DNA of 40,155 bases from an uncultured bacterium (GCA_965372715.1 CBDVDH010000036.1:1-40155), one strand, 5' to 3'. Shown: positions 9,527 to 19,124, numbered from the stretch's first letter. The notes: generated from the sequence alone by a model not told the origin. A program made the numbers and translations.

Positions 9527-10671
9527 TCCACGCCCGACATACTGCTGTAAATCCCCTCAAGCCGTTTCACGGTATTCGTCAGGCTGAATTTGGTCCGGGC
9601 GACGCTGAGCGCGTTCTCGGATAACGAGAGAGCGAGGGGTTCATCCGACAGCAGGGCGATCACCTTCTCCGCAAGCGCTTCGTGATCCCCGGCCTCGAAT
9701 AGAAGCCCAGTCTGGCCGTCTTGGACCAGTTCGGTGATTCCGGGGATGCGCGAGGCGACGATGGGTCTCGCGGCGGCCATCGCCTCGAGCGCGACCAGGC
9801 CGAACGTCTCCTCGAAGGAGGCGAGGACGACGACGCTGGCCTGGCGGTAGAGCTCGCGGAGGTTGCTGGTGTAGCCGACGAACTCGACCGAGTCGGAGAT
9901 GCCGAGCTCTTCTGCAAGGTCGGAGAGGGTCTGCTTGAAGCCGAGGTCCTCGAGGGAGGTGCGGCACTCCTCGCCGGCTATGATGAATCGCGTGTCCGGG
10001 AAGCTCTGTTTTACCATGGCGGCGGCCTTGAGGAAGACCTGCTGGCCCTTGCCGGGGTGGAGACGCCCGACGGTGAGGACAGTCTTGGTCTTGCCTTTAG
10101 GCAGGTCAACGGAGTCGGCGAACCATTCTGGCTCAATGCCGTTTGGGATGACGACGATCTTCTCTGGCGGGGCCTTGTCCTCAATCAGAGCATCCTTCAG
10201 CACGTTTGAGACGGCGATGACCCATTTAGCCCGCGAGTAGCAGAAGCGCCTCGTTAGGACGTGCGCTATCCTCTTGAGGCGGCTGTGTATCTTCGGATAG
10301 GCGTGGATCATGGCCAATGTCGGAGCCTTCGTGAGGATTGAGGCGATGGTGCAGAACTTGAGCGTCCAGAGCGAGTTGGCGTGTATGACGTCGATGTTTT
10401 CGCGCTTGATCAGCCGAACGAGCCTGACAATCGCCGCGACAACTGGCAGTACGAAGCGGCAGGATTTCTTGAGGCGCTCAAAGTCTATGGATGCGGTCCT
10501 AACGCCGCACCTTATGAGTTCCCGGTTGAGTATGCCGTCAGGAGGCGCGACGATGATGGGAGTGAAGCGATCAGCGTCGATGTGCGTCGCGATCTGAAGC
10601 GCGACCCGCTCCGCGCCTCCGATGTGGGGGAAATCAAGGACTATCAGCAGGTTCTTGGATTGTGGTTTCAA
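9523..10671 (-). CDS. Glycosyltransferase family 4 (GT-B) protein
   Basis: GGAER, DVIHAN, IAVS, VIPNGI, VGRL..GKG, ETFGLVALEAMA, G..ELVQDGQTGLL motifs. Confidence 0.92.
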   Translation of the reverse strand: MKPQSKNLLIVLDFPHIGGAERVALQIATHIDADRFTPIIVAPPDGILNRELIRCGVRTASIDFERLKKSCRFVLPVVAAIVRLVRLIKRENIDVIHANSLWTLKFCTIASILTKAPTLAMIHAYPKIHSRLKRIAHVLTRRFCYSRAKWVIAVSNVLKDALIEDKAPPEKIVVIPNGIEPEWFADSVDLPKGKTKTVLTVGRLHPGKGQQVFLKAAAMVKQSFPDTRFIIAGEECRTSLEDLGFKQTLSDLAEELGISDSVEFVGYTSNLRELYRQASVVVLASFEETFGLVALEAMAAARPIVASRIPGITELVQDGQTGLLFEAGDHEALAEKVIALLSDEPLALSLSENALSVARTKFSLTNTVKRLEGIYSSMSGVE

Positions 10672-11515
10672 TCTCGTCCGGTGGGATTTTGGTCACGCCG
10701 TCGGGCACGTGCATCGAGAATGCCCCCCCGGCGAGCGGGACGTTAGCGTTCATGGAACCAATTACTATCCTAATCTCAAAGCCGTTGGTCTTGGACGCGA
10801 GATTGAGCTCAAACGGGCAATGCGCCTGCTCGACAAGCCTATAATCCGAGAATTGAACGTCAAGCAGCAGTACTCCGCTGTCAGAAAAGACCTCCTTTCG
10901 AATGGGGAGGAAGGTCTCGAAATCCAGCAGCGTTCGCTGCCAAGTGCCGTCGTGCGAACCGTTCTCGTAGAGCCAGATGCCGTCCGGGCCGGCTTCCCAA
11001 AACACGTCCTTCTCGGGGAGTTTTGGGACAAAAAGATGAGGGAGCTCGGCCTCCAGGAGAGGGCCAATGCTGTGCTTCTCAACGACCGGAAGCTCCTTGA
11101 ACCGCGACCGTGTGCCCTCGATGAGCTCGTTGCGCGTCGGCAGGAACAGCCAGACCTTTCGCGACTTCGTTACAAGATCAAACGCTGGCGCCACGCCGCC
11201 TGCGTAGCCCTTAATCCGCAGCTTGTCAGGCACTTCACAGACCGCATCGCAGCGGAAGCTCTTTGACAAAGAGAGGCCATTCTGGCGCGAGATCGACATC
11301 ACGAGGCTCATCGAGAACGTCTTTATCGACTTGTGACTCTGGTTGAGCGCCTCGAGCCTGCCGGTCAGCTCGGCCCGAGAGAGCGGACGCAGTGGACGCA
11401 CGGCTTCCCCCCGCCGAACGGTCGCCCTTTGTGTGCAACCCAAAGGCGCCAACAGAAGCGCAATCATGCAGAGCATCAGCAAAATCCATCCGACGAGCCT
11501 GCGAAGCGCAATCAT
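10634..11515 (-). CDS. Putative lipoprotein, LolA/LolB/DUF4292-like beta-rich fold
   Basis: From ATG 11515 (just after the rdgB stop): basic N-terminus, hydrophobic helix, lipobox-like PLGC; C-terminal VQFSDYRLV...PFELNL...N.PLAGGAF...VPDGV resembles LolA-like proteins. The ORF-track extension to 11788 overlaps rdgB and is not favoured. Confidence 0.65.
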   Translation of the reverse strand: MIALRRLVGWILLMLCMIALLLAPLGCTQRATVRRGEAVRPLRPLSRAELTGRLEALNQSHKSIKTFSMSLVMSISRQNGLSLSKSFRCDAVCEVPDKLRIKGYAGGVAPAFDLVTKSRKVWLFLPTRNELIEGTRSRFKELPVVEKHSIGPLLEAELPHLFVPKLPEKDVFWEAGPDGIWLYENGSHDGTWQRTLLDFETFLPIRKEVFSDSGVLLLDVQFSDYRLVEQAHCPFELNLASKTNGFEIRIVIGSMNANVPLAGGAFSMHVPDGVTKIPPDEIETTIQEPADSP

Positions 11516-11516
11516 C

Positions 11517-12122
11517 TCAGCAGTTCGCCTCAAAATACTCCCGCACCTTCGCCATCGCTGCCGCGCGGTGGCTAATCTTGTTCTTTGTGTCCGCACCCAA
11601 TTCGCCAAAGGTCTTATCATATCCGTCCGGAATGAACAACGGATCGTAGCCGAAGCCGTGCTCGCCTGCCGCCTCAAACGCAATTGATCCTGCACACTCG
11701 CCACGGAAGAGATGAATCTCGCCGTTGGTTTCGGCAATGGCAACGACCGACACGAACCGCGCAGTTCTCTTCTCCATCGGGACGCCATTCAGCCTGTCAA
11801 GCAGCGCCTGGTTCTTTTCCTGGGCAGACGCGCTGGCCGAGACGAATCTGGCGGATAGCGGCCCCGGAGCGCCTTTTAGGAACTCCACTTCGAGGCCCGA
11901 ATCCTCGCCGAGCGCCATCATACCGGAGACCTGCGCCGCTCGTCGGGCCTTCGCGGCCGCATTCGCCTCGAAATGGCTCTCGCCCTCTGTGCCCCGGAGC
12001 ACGTTCTCAGCGTCAGGAAGCATCATCACCCGGACGGGAGCGCCCTTCAAGAAGTCGGCCAGCTCCCTGACCTTGCCCGCGTTCGATGATGCTACAACAA
12101 GAATCGGAGTGCTCTCGTTCAA
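11517..12122 (-). CDS. rdgB: Non-canonical purine NTP pyrophosphatase (RdgB/HAM1 family)
   Basis: ASSNAGKVRE, EDSGLEV..L.GAPG..SARF, GFGYDPLF, KNKISHR motifs. Confidence 0.95.
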   Translation of the reverse strand: MNESTPILVVASSNAGKVRELADFLKGAPVRVMMLPDAENVLRGTEGESHFEANAAAKARRAAQVSGMMALGEDSGLEVEFLKGAPGPLSARFVSASASAQEKNQALLDRLNGVPMEKRTARFVSVVAIAETNGEIHLFRGECAGSIAFEAAGEHGFGYDPLFIPDGYDKTFGELGADTKNKISHRAAAMAKVREYFEANC

Positions 12123-12426
12123 TCCATTTCCCTGATGTCACGCAATGGTCGGTAATGCGTCTGCAAAACGCGCACGCCCCACCCAATTCCGTGACTGAAT
12201 CACCCACTAGAACTCATAGGTAGCCAACGCCCATCAGAGGTTAAACAGCCAAGCCGGTCTTTCGGCACATGCAGCTGCGTACAACAGATCAACGCACGAA
12301 GACAAAGACACAATCTGCGGTAGCTCCATCGGGCCTTGGGACCGTTCAATTCTATCTTTCATTTGACAGCTCAAACCTCTTATGTCAGGTTTTCACGTTG
12401 CTTTACATGATGTATGGAGAGGTGAG

Positions 12427-13542
12427 ATGACAAAGATAAAACGAACCGCTTTGAACGCTGTGGTGAAGGAGCTCGGCGGCAGAATGGTCGAGTTCGCTGG
12501 CTGGGAGATGCCGGTGCAGTTCTCGGGCATTGTCGATGAACATAATACAGTTAGAACCTCCGCTGGCCTCTTCGACGTCAGCCACATGGGCGAGATAGAG
12601 TTCAAGGGTCCTGACGCGTTCGCGGCCGTGCAGCGGCTTGTGTGCAACGATGTCTCCAGGATGTCGATCGGGCAGGCCATGTATGCGGGTCTTCTCTACC
12701 CCAACGGGACGTTCGTCGATGACCTTCTAGTCCACAAGATTGCCGACGATCACTACATGCTCTGCGTCAACGCGGCCAATTGCGACAAGGATTTCACCTG
12801 GGTCAACGAGAACACATCGGGCGACGTCGAGGTCCTTAACACAAGCCTGGAGACTGCGCAGCTTGCACTGCAAGGCCCCAAAGCAAGGAAAGTTCTGCAA
12901 AAGATCACACCAGTTGACCTGAGCACGATCAAGTATTACTGGTTCACGCACGGGACAGTCGCCGGCGTCGATAACCTTATGATCGCAGCGACGGGTTATA
13001 CGGGCGAGCGAGGCTACGAGATCTACGTCCCGAACGAGCACGCGGAACACGTCTTTCGTGAGATAATGAAAGCGGGCGAGGAGTTTGGCGTCAAGCCCGT
13101 TGGGCTCGGTGCGCGCGACACGCTCCGGCTTGAGGCGGGCATGATGCTCTACGGCAACGATATCGACGACACGACCACCGCTTATGAGGCGAATCTCGCG
13201 TGGATCATCAAGCTGGAGGCGGGCGACTTCATTGGCCGTGGTGCTCTCGTAAAGCAGCTTGAGGAGGGCTTGACGCGGAGGCTGGTCGGCTTTGAGATGG
13301 TCGGAGCTGGCATCCCCAGGCACGGATACGATATACACAGCGACGGCGCGAAGGTCGGCTATGTTACGAGCGGGACCAAGGCGCCTTTTCTCAAGAAGGC
13401 AATCGGCCTGGGTTACGTCCCGCTGGCGCTGACCGAACTTGACACGCAACTGGACATAATGATACGGAATCAGGGGGTCAAAGCGAAGGTCATACCCACA
13501 CCGTTTTACAGGCGTCCGAGAACGAAAAAGAAGACGAGTTGA
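12427..13542 (+). CDS. gcvT: Glycine cleavage system aminomethyltransferase T
   Basis: FAGWEMPVQF, GLFDVSHMG, LALQGP, TGYTGERGYE, GLGARDTLRLEAG, G.VTSG motifs; ATG 12427 preceded by GGAGAGGTG RBS. Confidence 0.97.
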   Translation: MTKIKRTALNAVVKELGGRMVEFAGWEMPVQFSGIVDEHNTVRTSAGLFDVSHMGEIEFKGPDAFAAVQRLVCNDVSRMSIGQAMYAGLLYPNGTFVDDLLVHKIADDHYMLCVNAANCDKDFTWVNENTSGDVEVLNTSLETAQLALQGPKARKVLQKITPVDLSTIKYYWFTHGTVAGVDNLMIAATGYTGERGYEIYVPNEHAEHVFREIMKAGEEFGVKPVGLGARDTLRLEAGMMLYGNDIDDTTTAYEANLAWIIKLEAGDFIGRGALVKQLEEGLTRRLVGFEMVGAGIPRHGYDIHSDGAKVGYVTSGTKAPFLKKAIGLGYVPLALTELDTQLDIMIRNQGVKAKVIPTPFYRRPRTKKKTS

Positions 13543-13581
13543 CGAGTTTTCCAATCAATAAGGCAAAAGGAGCACGATAGG

Positions 13582-13968
13582 ATGATCCCAAAGCACCTGG
13601 AATACAGCGTATCACACGAATGGCTCGATCCTAAGACAGGCAAGGTGGGCATCACGGACGATGCGCAGGAGCAGCTTGGCGACATGGTGTTCGTCGAGTT
13701 CCCCGAGGTCGGCAGCGAGTTCGCCAAGGATGAGAGATTCGGCTCGGTCGAGTCGGTGAAGGCCGTGAGCGACTGCTACATGCCCGTCGGCGGCAAAATC
13801 GTGGCCATCAACGAGGACCTGCTCGAGGCGCCCGAGACCATCAATCAGGACCCCTACGAAAAGGGCTGGCTCGTTCAGATAGAGATCGCCGATCCACTCG
13901 AGGTTGACGAGCTCATGAACTACAAAGACTACGAGCAGTTCGTCAAGGAGGAGGCCGGCGAGCATTGA
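13582..13968 (+). CDS. gcvH: Glycine cleavage system lipoyl-carrier protein H
   Basis: HEW, VGITD.AQ..LGD, lipoyl-Lys motif VESVKAVSD, INQDPY..GWL. Confidence 0.97.
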   Translation: MIPKHLEYSVSHEWLDPKTGKVGITDDAQEQLGDMVFVEFPEVGSEFAKDERFGSVESVKAVSDCYMPVGGKIVAINEDLLEAPETINQDPYEKGWLVQIEIADPLEVDELMNYKDYEQFVKEEAGEH

Positions 13969-15311
13969 GGCGGTATATCCCGAACACCGATGCTGATCGG
14001 GCCGCGATGCTCAACGAGATAGGCATTCAACAGGTTGAGGACCTCTTTGCCGACATCCCCAAGGATGTTCGGCTCAAACAGCCCCTGGACCTGCCCGAGG
14101 CGCTATCAGAACCTGAACTCATATCCTCCATGAAACAGCTATCGGAGGCCTGCGCGAGCGCCGAGCAATACACCTTTCTGCTCGGAGCGGGCTGTTACAG
14201 CCACTATATCCCGAGCGTCATCGACCACATTCTCACGCGCTCGGAGTTCTATACGGCCTACACGCCGTATCAGCCTGAACTCAGCCAGGGCACGCTTCAG
14301 GTTATGTTCGAGTTTCAGACCATGATCTGCCAACTGACGGAAATGGAGGTCGCCAACGCCTCGATGTACGACTGCGCAACCGCCGTGGCCGAGGCGGCAA
14401 TGATGGCCACGAGGGTCGTCCGCAACAGGGACACGGTTGTGGTCGCGAGAAGCGTACACCCCGAATATCGGGCCGTGCTGAAGGGCTATCTTGGGCGGCT
14501 TGGCATGAAGGTCCAGGAGTTCGATTTCAGTGCGAGCGGCCAAATCAGCATCGATTCGCTTGAGCAAAACCTCAAGGACAGCGTCGCAGCGGTCATCGTG
14601 CAATCGCCCAACTTCTTTGGCGTCATTGAGCACTTGCAGCCGCTGATAGATGCGGCAAAAACCGCGGGCGCACTCTCCATTGTTGCAGTTTCGGAACCCA
14701 TCTCACTTGGGCTTCTGAGGCCCCCGGGCGAGCTCGGCGCGGACGTAGTCGTGGGACAGGCGCAGAGCCTGGGTATCCCGATGTCGTTCGGCGGGCCGCA
14801 CCTGGGGTTCTTCGCATGCCGCGACAAATACGTCAGGCAGATGCCCGGCAGGCTCGCCGGACGAACTGTCGATCACCATGGCAGGCCCGGTTTCGTTATG
14901 ACCCTGGCCACCCGCGAGCAGCACATCAGGCGAGCACGGGCGACTTCCAACATCTGCACCAACCACCAACTCTGCGCCCTTGCCGCCGCCCTGTATATGA
15001 CCGCAATGGGCAAAGCCGGGATGCGGGAAGTCGCTAAACTCAATCTATTCAAGGCAGACTACGCTCGAAGGCGCCTCGCCCAGATGGGCGCTGCGCTAGC
15101 GTTTTCGGGGCCTGTATTCAACGAGTTTGTCGTCAGAGCGACCCGCCCTGTGGACAGTGTGAACGAGGCGCTCCTGGAGAGGAACATCGTTGGCGGCGTC
15201 CGCCTCAACCGCTTCTACAAGGAGTTCGACCAAAACACGATGCTGGTCTGCTTCACTGAGAACGCGCCCAAAGAGGCGATCAACGCATTCTGCGAGGAGG
15301 CGACCCGGTGA
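13965..15311 (+). CDS. gcvPA: Glycine dehydrogenase (decarboxylating) subunit 1
   Basis: RYIPNT, EFYTAYTPYQPE.SQG.LQ, NASMYD, FGGP.LG, TREQHIRR..ATSNICTN; TTGA overlap with gcvH. Confidence 0.96.
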   Translation: MRRYIPNTDADRAAMLNEIGIQQVEDLFADIPKDVRLKQPLDLPEALSEPELISSMKQLSEACASAEQYTFLLGAGCYSHYIPSVIDHILTRSEFYTAYTPYQPELSQGTLQVMFEFQTMICQLTEMEVANASMYDCATAVAEAAMMATRVVRNRDTVVVARSVHPEYRAVLKGYLGRLGMKVQEFDFSASGQISIDSLEQNLKDSVAAVIVQSPNFFGVIEHLQPLIDAAKTAGALSIVAVSEPISLGLLRPPGELGADVVVGQAQSLGIPMSFGGPHLGFFACRDKYVRQMPGRLAGRTVDHHGRPGFVMTLATREQHIRRARATSNICTNHQLCALAAALYMTAMGKAGMREVAKLNLFKADYARRRLAQMGAALAFSGPVFNEFVVRATRPVDSVNEALLERNIVGGVRLNRFYKEFDQNTMLVCFTENAPKEAINAFCEEATR

Positions 15312-16795
15312 CGGCTGACAGGAAATACATGGAAGGCCTCGTTCAAGAAGAGGGCTTGATCTTCGATCGGACCCGCGCGGGTAAGAGGGGCTATTCGCTG
15401 CCTGAACCCGATGTACCCACACGGGGTCCATCCGATATCATCCCGAATGAGCTTCTGCGGGACACCATCAATGGCTTCCCGGAGGTCTCCGAGGTTGATC
15501 TCATTCGTCACTTCACGCGTCTTTCTACCTGGAACTACGGCGTCGATACGGGCTTCTACCCACTCGGCTCGTGCACAATGAAATACAACCCAAAGGTCAA
15601 CGAGGACCTCTCGCGCCTGCCCGGGTTCGCGCACGCGCACCCATATCAGGGGGACGACCTGTCGCAGGGCGCGCTGAGGTTGATGTTCGAGCTGGCACAG
15701 TTCCTGGCGGAGATCGGAGGCATGGGGAAGGTTACGCTTGCGCCCGCGGCCGGCGCCCACGGCGAGCTTACCGGGACGGCCATGATACGCGCGTATCACA
15801 CCAAGAATGGCAGCCCCCGCTCGAAGATCATCGTGCCCGATTCGGCGCACGGGACCAACCCAGCCACAACCTCCACGTGTGGGTATCAGCCCATTGAGGT
15901 CGAGTCTAACGAGCACGGCTGCACCGACACCCATGCGGTTGCCGCGGTCATGACAGATGATGTCGCGGGGATAATGATAACCAACCCGAACACGCTCGGC
16001 ATATTCGAGGAGAACATCTGTGAGATCGCCGAGATAGTCCATTCAAAGGGCGGGCTCGTCTATTGCGACGGCGCCAACCTTAACGCCCTCATGGGCATCA
16101 CGCGGTTCGGCGACATGGGCGTCGATGTCATGCACTTCAACCTGCACAAGACTTTCTCGACCCCACACGGGGGCGGCGGCCCAGGAGGAGGACCCGTCGG
16201 GGTCGTCAAGAGGCTGACCCCTTTTCTACCCATCCCGACGGTCGAGAATGGCCCCGATGGGTTTTATCTCAACTACGACTTGCCCGACTCGATCGGCCGC
16301 ATAATCGGGTTCTACGGCAACTTCGGCGTCATGGTCAAGGCCTACTGCTGGATACGCTCGCTGGGGCCGGACGGGATCAAGGCGGCCACCCAAAACGCCG
16401 TCATAAACGCCAACTACATCCGTGCGCGGCTCAGAAAGCACTACCACCTGCCATACGACCGGCTGTGCAAGCACGAATGCGTCTTCTCCGACACAAAGCA
16501 GCTGGCGCATGGCGTCACAACTATGGACATCGCAAAGCGCCTCATGGATTACGGAATGCACCCCCCGACCAACTACTTTCCGCTGATAGTCAACCACGCC
16601 ATCATGGTCGAGCCGACCGAGTCCGAAGACAAGGCCTCGATCGACCAATACATAGACGCAATGATCAAGATAGCACAAGAGGCCGAGTGCGACCCAGACG
16701 TAGTCAAAAGCGCCCCCACGCGGACCAAGCTCTGGCGCCTCGACCAGGTTCAAGCCGCGCGCAAACCCGTGCTGCGCTGGAAGAAAGAAGATTGA
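15308..16795 (+). CDS. gcvPB: Glycine dehydrogenase (decarboxylating) subunit 2
   Basis: PLGSCTMKYNP, AGAHGE, SAHGTNPA, TNPNTLG, DGANLNA, PLP-Lys motif HFNLHKTFSTPHGGGGPG. Confidence 0.97.
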   Translation: MTADRKYMEGLVQEEGLIFDRTRAGKRGYSLPEPDVPTRGPSDIIPNELLRDTINGFPEVSEVDLIRHFTRLSTWNYGVDTGFYPLGSCTMKYNPKVNEDLSRLPGFAHAHPYQGDDLSQGALRLMFELAQFLAEIGGMGKVTLAPAAGAHGELTGTAMIRAYHTKNGSPRSKIIVPDSAHGTNPATTSTCGYQPIEVESNEHGCTDTHAVAAVMTDDVAGIMITNPNTLGIFEENICEIAEIVHSKGGLVYCDGANLNALMGITRFGDMGVDVMHFNLHKTFSTPHGGGGPGGGPVGVVKRLTPFLPIPTVENGPDGFYLNYDLPDSIGRIIGFYGNFGVMVKAYCWIRSLGPDGIKAATQNAVINANYIRARLRKHYHLPYDRLCKHECVFSDTKQLAHGVTTMDIAKRLMDYGMHPPTNYFPLIVNHAIMVEPTESEDKASIDQYIDAMIKIAQEAECDPDVVKSAPTRTKLWRLDQVQAARKPVLRWKKED

Positions 16796-16799
16796 TAGG

Positions 16800-16829
16800 G
16801 TGGGGGGATGCCGTTGCATATCCCCCCAC
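16800..16829 (+). terminator. GC-rich hairpin after gcvPB (possible terminator)
   Basis: GTGGGGGGAT (16800-16809) and ATCCCCCCAC (16820-16829) are perfect inverted repeats just after the stop; no clear U-tract. Confidence 0.5.
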
Positions 16830-16964
16830 ACCCCCTCTGCAACTTTCGTTACTTGCTGGCGGCGTCACCGCGCCAGTGCGGCAACCCCGCCAGCAGCCGC
16901 GAAGGGAGATAAGATCTAACGAGTATGCGATCATCGAGGCATTTCGGCATAGGCTCCTAGGATA

Positions 16965-16992
16965 TTGACGCACGGTTCTGAGAGGCTATATT
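16965..16992 (+). promoter_or_regulatory. Sigma70-like promoter for the accessory islet
   Basis: TTGACG-16 nt-TATATT, 33 nt upstream of ATG 17026. Confidence 0.5.
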
Positions 16993-17025
16993 GAGATTAA
17001 CAGCGATGCATAGTCTCTCGCTAGG

Positions 17026-17550
17026 ATGGCAAGGAAGGGAAACACAATGGGTGTAGGTCTGACTCTTGAATCTCAAATGAAAAAATTCGGTATATCTCCC
17101 GACCATCTTGAGAGATATGATGTTCTTTGCCTGCCTGAGAACATCTTGTCGGCTCAGAAGCCTGAAGACATTTACCAGACATCCGAGCAGATCGAATTGA
17201 GCAATCGGTTAAAGGAAGCTGGTGCGAAATGTGCCGATCCTCAGGATCTTGGCCTTAGGCAGCCTTCAGACCCCTACCTCATGAGAGAGTCGGCAGAACT
17301 TTGGCTGGGCATAGTACTCACACTAACCGGGGTTGGGCTGAGCATCCTCCATAGCGAGCTTCGCAGATGGCTCGATCAGAAGAGAGCACAATCTGCGCGG
17401 GAAAACATTCAGCGCATTGCGGCAGCGCCTATAGTCAACATGACCATTCTGAGGAAGCACGGAAAGGACTGCGATTCCTTCAGCATGAGTGGGCCAGGGG
17501 AAGACGTTGCCAGAGTGATCCAGGCGCTCCGAGGCGAGGAATGCGAATAA
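17026..17550 (+). CDS. Hypothetical protein with one predicted hydrophobic/TM segment
   Basis: 174-aa ORF after a promoter; hydrophobic LWLGIVLTLTGVGLSIL followed by RRWL and a short beta-hairpin/helix tail; family not securely recognised. Confidence 0.65.
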   Translation: MARKGNTMGVGLTLESQMKKFGISPDHLERYDVLCLPENILSAQKPEDIYQTSEQIELSNRLKEAGAKCADPQDLGLRQPSDPYLMRESAELWLGIVLTLTGVGLSILHSELRRWLDQKRAQSARENIQRIAAAPIVNMTILRKHGKDCDSFSMSGPGEDVARVIQALRGEECE

Positions 17551-17583
17551 TAGCAGCTGAGCAACTGAAGAACGTACTCGTAA

Positions 17584-17697
17584 CGGTGGACAAACGTCAC
17601 GCAGGACGCCTTCGTGACTTATCGGCTGGTGCTCGATTCCGGCAAGCGTCTATTCGCTGTCTTCTTTGGCCATTTGGCCGTTGACGAAGGCTTGACA
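17584..17697 (+). pseudogene. N-terminal fragment of a HEPN-domain gene (decayed)
   Basis: Manual translation RWTNVTQDAFVTYRLVLDSGKRLFAVFFGHLAVDEGLT resembles the HEPN N-terminal pattern W...A..D...A..L..SG.....F..HLAVEKAL; preceded by in-frame TAA at 17581; not in the ORF track. Confidence 0.6.
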
Positions 17698-17773
17698 GAA
17701 TCATCTCCGACGAGCGTGCTAAGGGAAAGCATGGTGATGTGCCAATGCGCTCTGGGAACCAAAGCAGCTTCTT

Positions 17774-18817
17774 ATGCATGAACAGGGCGACATGATCGGG
17801 ACCATCAGCCCCAAGGTAGTAATCCTTGACGCGAACATCATATGCGCTGACTACAACTTGGAGAGACCCGCGTTCCGTGGACTTGAGGACTACCTATCTA
17901 GGTTTCGGGCTAAACTCAAGGTACCTGAAATAGCCGTACTCGAAATTGTTAACAAATGGGCGGAGGAAGCGCGCAAGCTATATAAGCTCTCTAGAAGACT
18001 GGGCCTGCATCTCGCGGAAGATCAACCTGCTAAGGAGCTTAAGATCGACGATCTTGTCAGGAATTATGAACAGGGCCTGAGAAACCAGATAAACGCTCTT
18101 GGCGAGACCATCCCTGTCCCAGAGGTCGGACACCTCACACTGGTCCAGAGATGCCTTCGCCGGCATAGGCCTTTCACTGAAGATGATTCCGGATACCGCG
18201 ATGCGCTGATCTGGGCGTCCGTATTGTCTGAAGCCAACGCATGGACCCGCCTCGCCTTCATCACAGCCGACAAGCACTTCATGGACAAATCAAGGCTCGG
18301 GCTTCACGAGGACCTGAAGGCGGACGTGAGGCAAAGGGAGTTACCCGATGGCTGTGTTGATCTCTACCCCAGCATCAAGGAGTTTCTCATCCCGTTCAAG
18401 GAAACGCTAGACTTACCTTTTGACCTACTGGAGTACTTAGAAACTGAGGCCAGAAAGATTGGGAAAGCAGTTCAAGAATATCTCGATCGATTCTCGCGAG
18501 ACGGATTTTCTGAGCCCTTCCTCTCCAACCTGCTGGAAGATCCGGAGGTTTCCGTAAATCAAAGGGTGGAGATTGACGACATGCATACCCAATATAGCGT
18601 TGATGCGGTGTACTACGACAATCTTGTGTCATTCTTTGGATATTCAGACTGGGGTTATCAGCCTGAGGAGATGGATAAGGAAGTGACATTCATTGTCGCC
18701 TTGACACTCGTCTTCAACCGTCAGGATCGCCGAGTTGAGAATTTCGAGCTGACCGAGATCTCCTCCGATGACGAAGACCTGGATGAAGCTCTGATTGACG
18801 GTTATCCATGGAAATAG
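17774..18817 (+). CDS. PIN-domain protein (DUF4935/PIN_12-like)
   Basis: VVILDANII (first PIN Asp), PEIAVLEI, RPF....GYRDALIW.SVL, FITADKHF; acidic C-terminal domain. Confidence 0.8.
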   Translation: MHEQGDMIGTISPKVVILDANIICADYNLERPAFRGLEDYLSRFRAKLKVPEIAVLEIVNKWAEEARKLYKLSRRLGLHLAEDQPAKELKIDDLVRNYEQGLRNQINALGETIPVPEVGHLTLVQRCLRRHRPFTEDDSGYRDALIWASVLSEANAWTRLAFITADKHFMDKSRLGLHEDLKADVRQRELPDGCVDLYPSIKEFLIPFKETLDLPFDLLEYLETEARKIGKAVQEYLDRFSRDGFSEPFLSNLLEDPEVSVNQRVEIDDMHTQYSVDAVYYDNLVSFFGYSDWGYQPEEMDKEVTFIVALTLVFNRQDRRVENFELTEISSDDEDLDEALIDGYPWK

Positions 18818-18837
18818 AAGTCCCTGATGGTGAACAA

Positions 18838-18853
18838 GCCCTCCAGGGAGGGC
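18838..18853. other. Small hairpin GCCCTC-CAGG-GAGGGC downstream of the PIN gene
   Basis: Perfect inverted repeat 20 nt after the PIN stop codon. Confidence 0.4.
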
Positions 18854-18878
18854 GTAATTAACGAAGGGGTAACGACGA

Positions 18879-19124
18879 TTGAGTAAGACCGAAGAAGTGG
18901 CGCCGAAGACCCACAATCTGATGTACTTGCTCAAGCTAGCTCAGTTGTCTCCATCAGAGGAGATGCTTGCCTTCATCGGTCAGTTGAATACATTCAACGT
19001 GCCGACCCGTTACCCTGACGAGCTGCCGGGCATTGAAAAGATGTTTGACCGGGAGAAGACACACGACGTGCTCGAGAAGACAAAGGATGTCCTCCAATGG
19101 ATAAGAAAATCGTCGAAATCATAA
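18879..19124 (+). pseudogene. C-terminal half of a HEPN-domain gene
   Basis: PKTHNL..L, L......TRYPD and terminal ..VLQWI typical of HEPN proteins paired with MNTs; N-terminal helices missing, in-frame TAA at 18870-18872. Confidence 0.75.

Noticed and set aside
11516-11788. ORF-track N-terminal extension of the lipoprotein (384 aa)
   Set aside because: Overlaps rdgB in another frame; the signal peptide starts at ATG 11515.
12123-12426. Glycine riboswitch upstream of gcvT
   Set aside because: I could not find the conserved aptamer elements (GGAGA...CCGAAG...CTCTCAGG) in order; only a lone TTGACA at 12363-12368 without a well-spaced -10.
16909-16968. Possible remnant of another nucleotidyltransferase N-terminus (IRSNEYAIIEAFRHRLLGY)
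   Set aside because: Only 19 codons and no GS/DxD motif follows; resemblance too weak.
18818-18880. Integron attC site after the PIN gene
   Set aside because: A hairpin is present but there are no properly paired RYYYAAC/GTTRRRY boxes and no integrase in the window.
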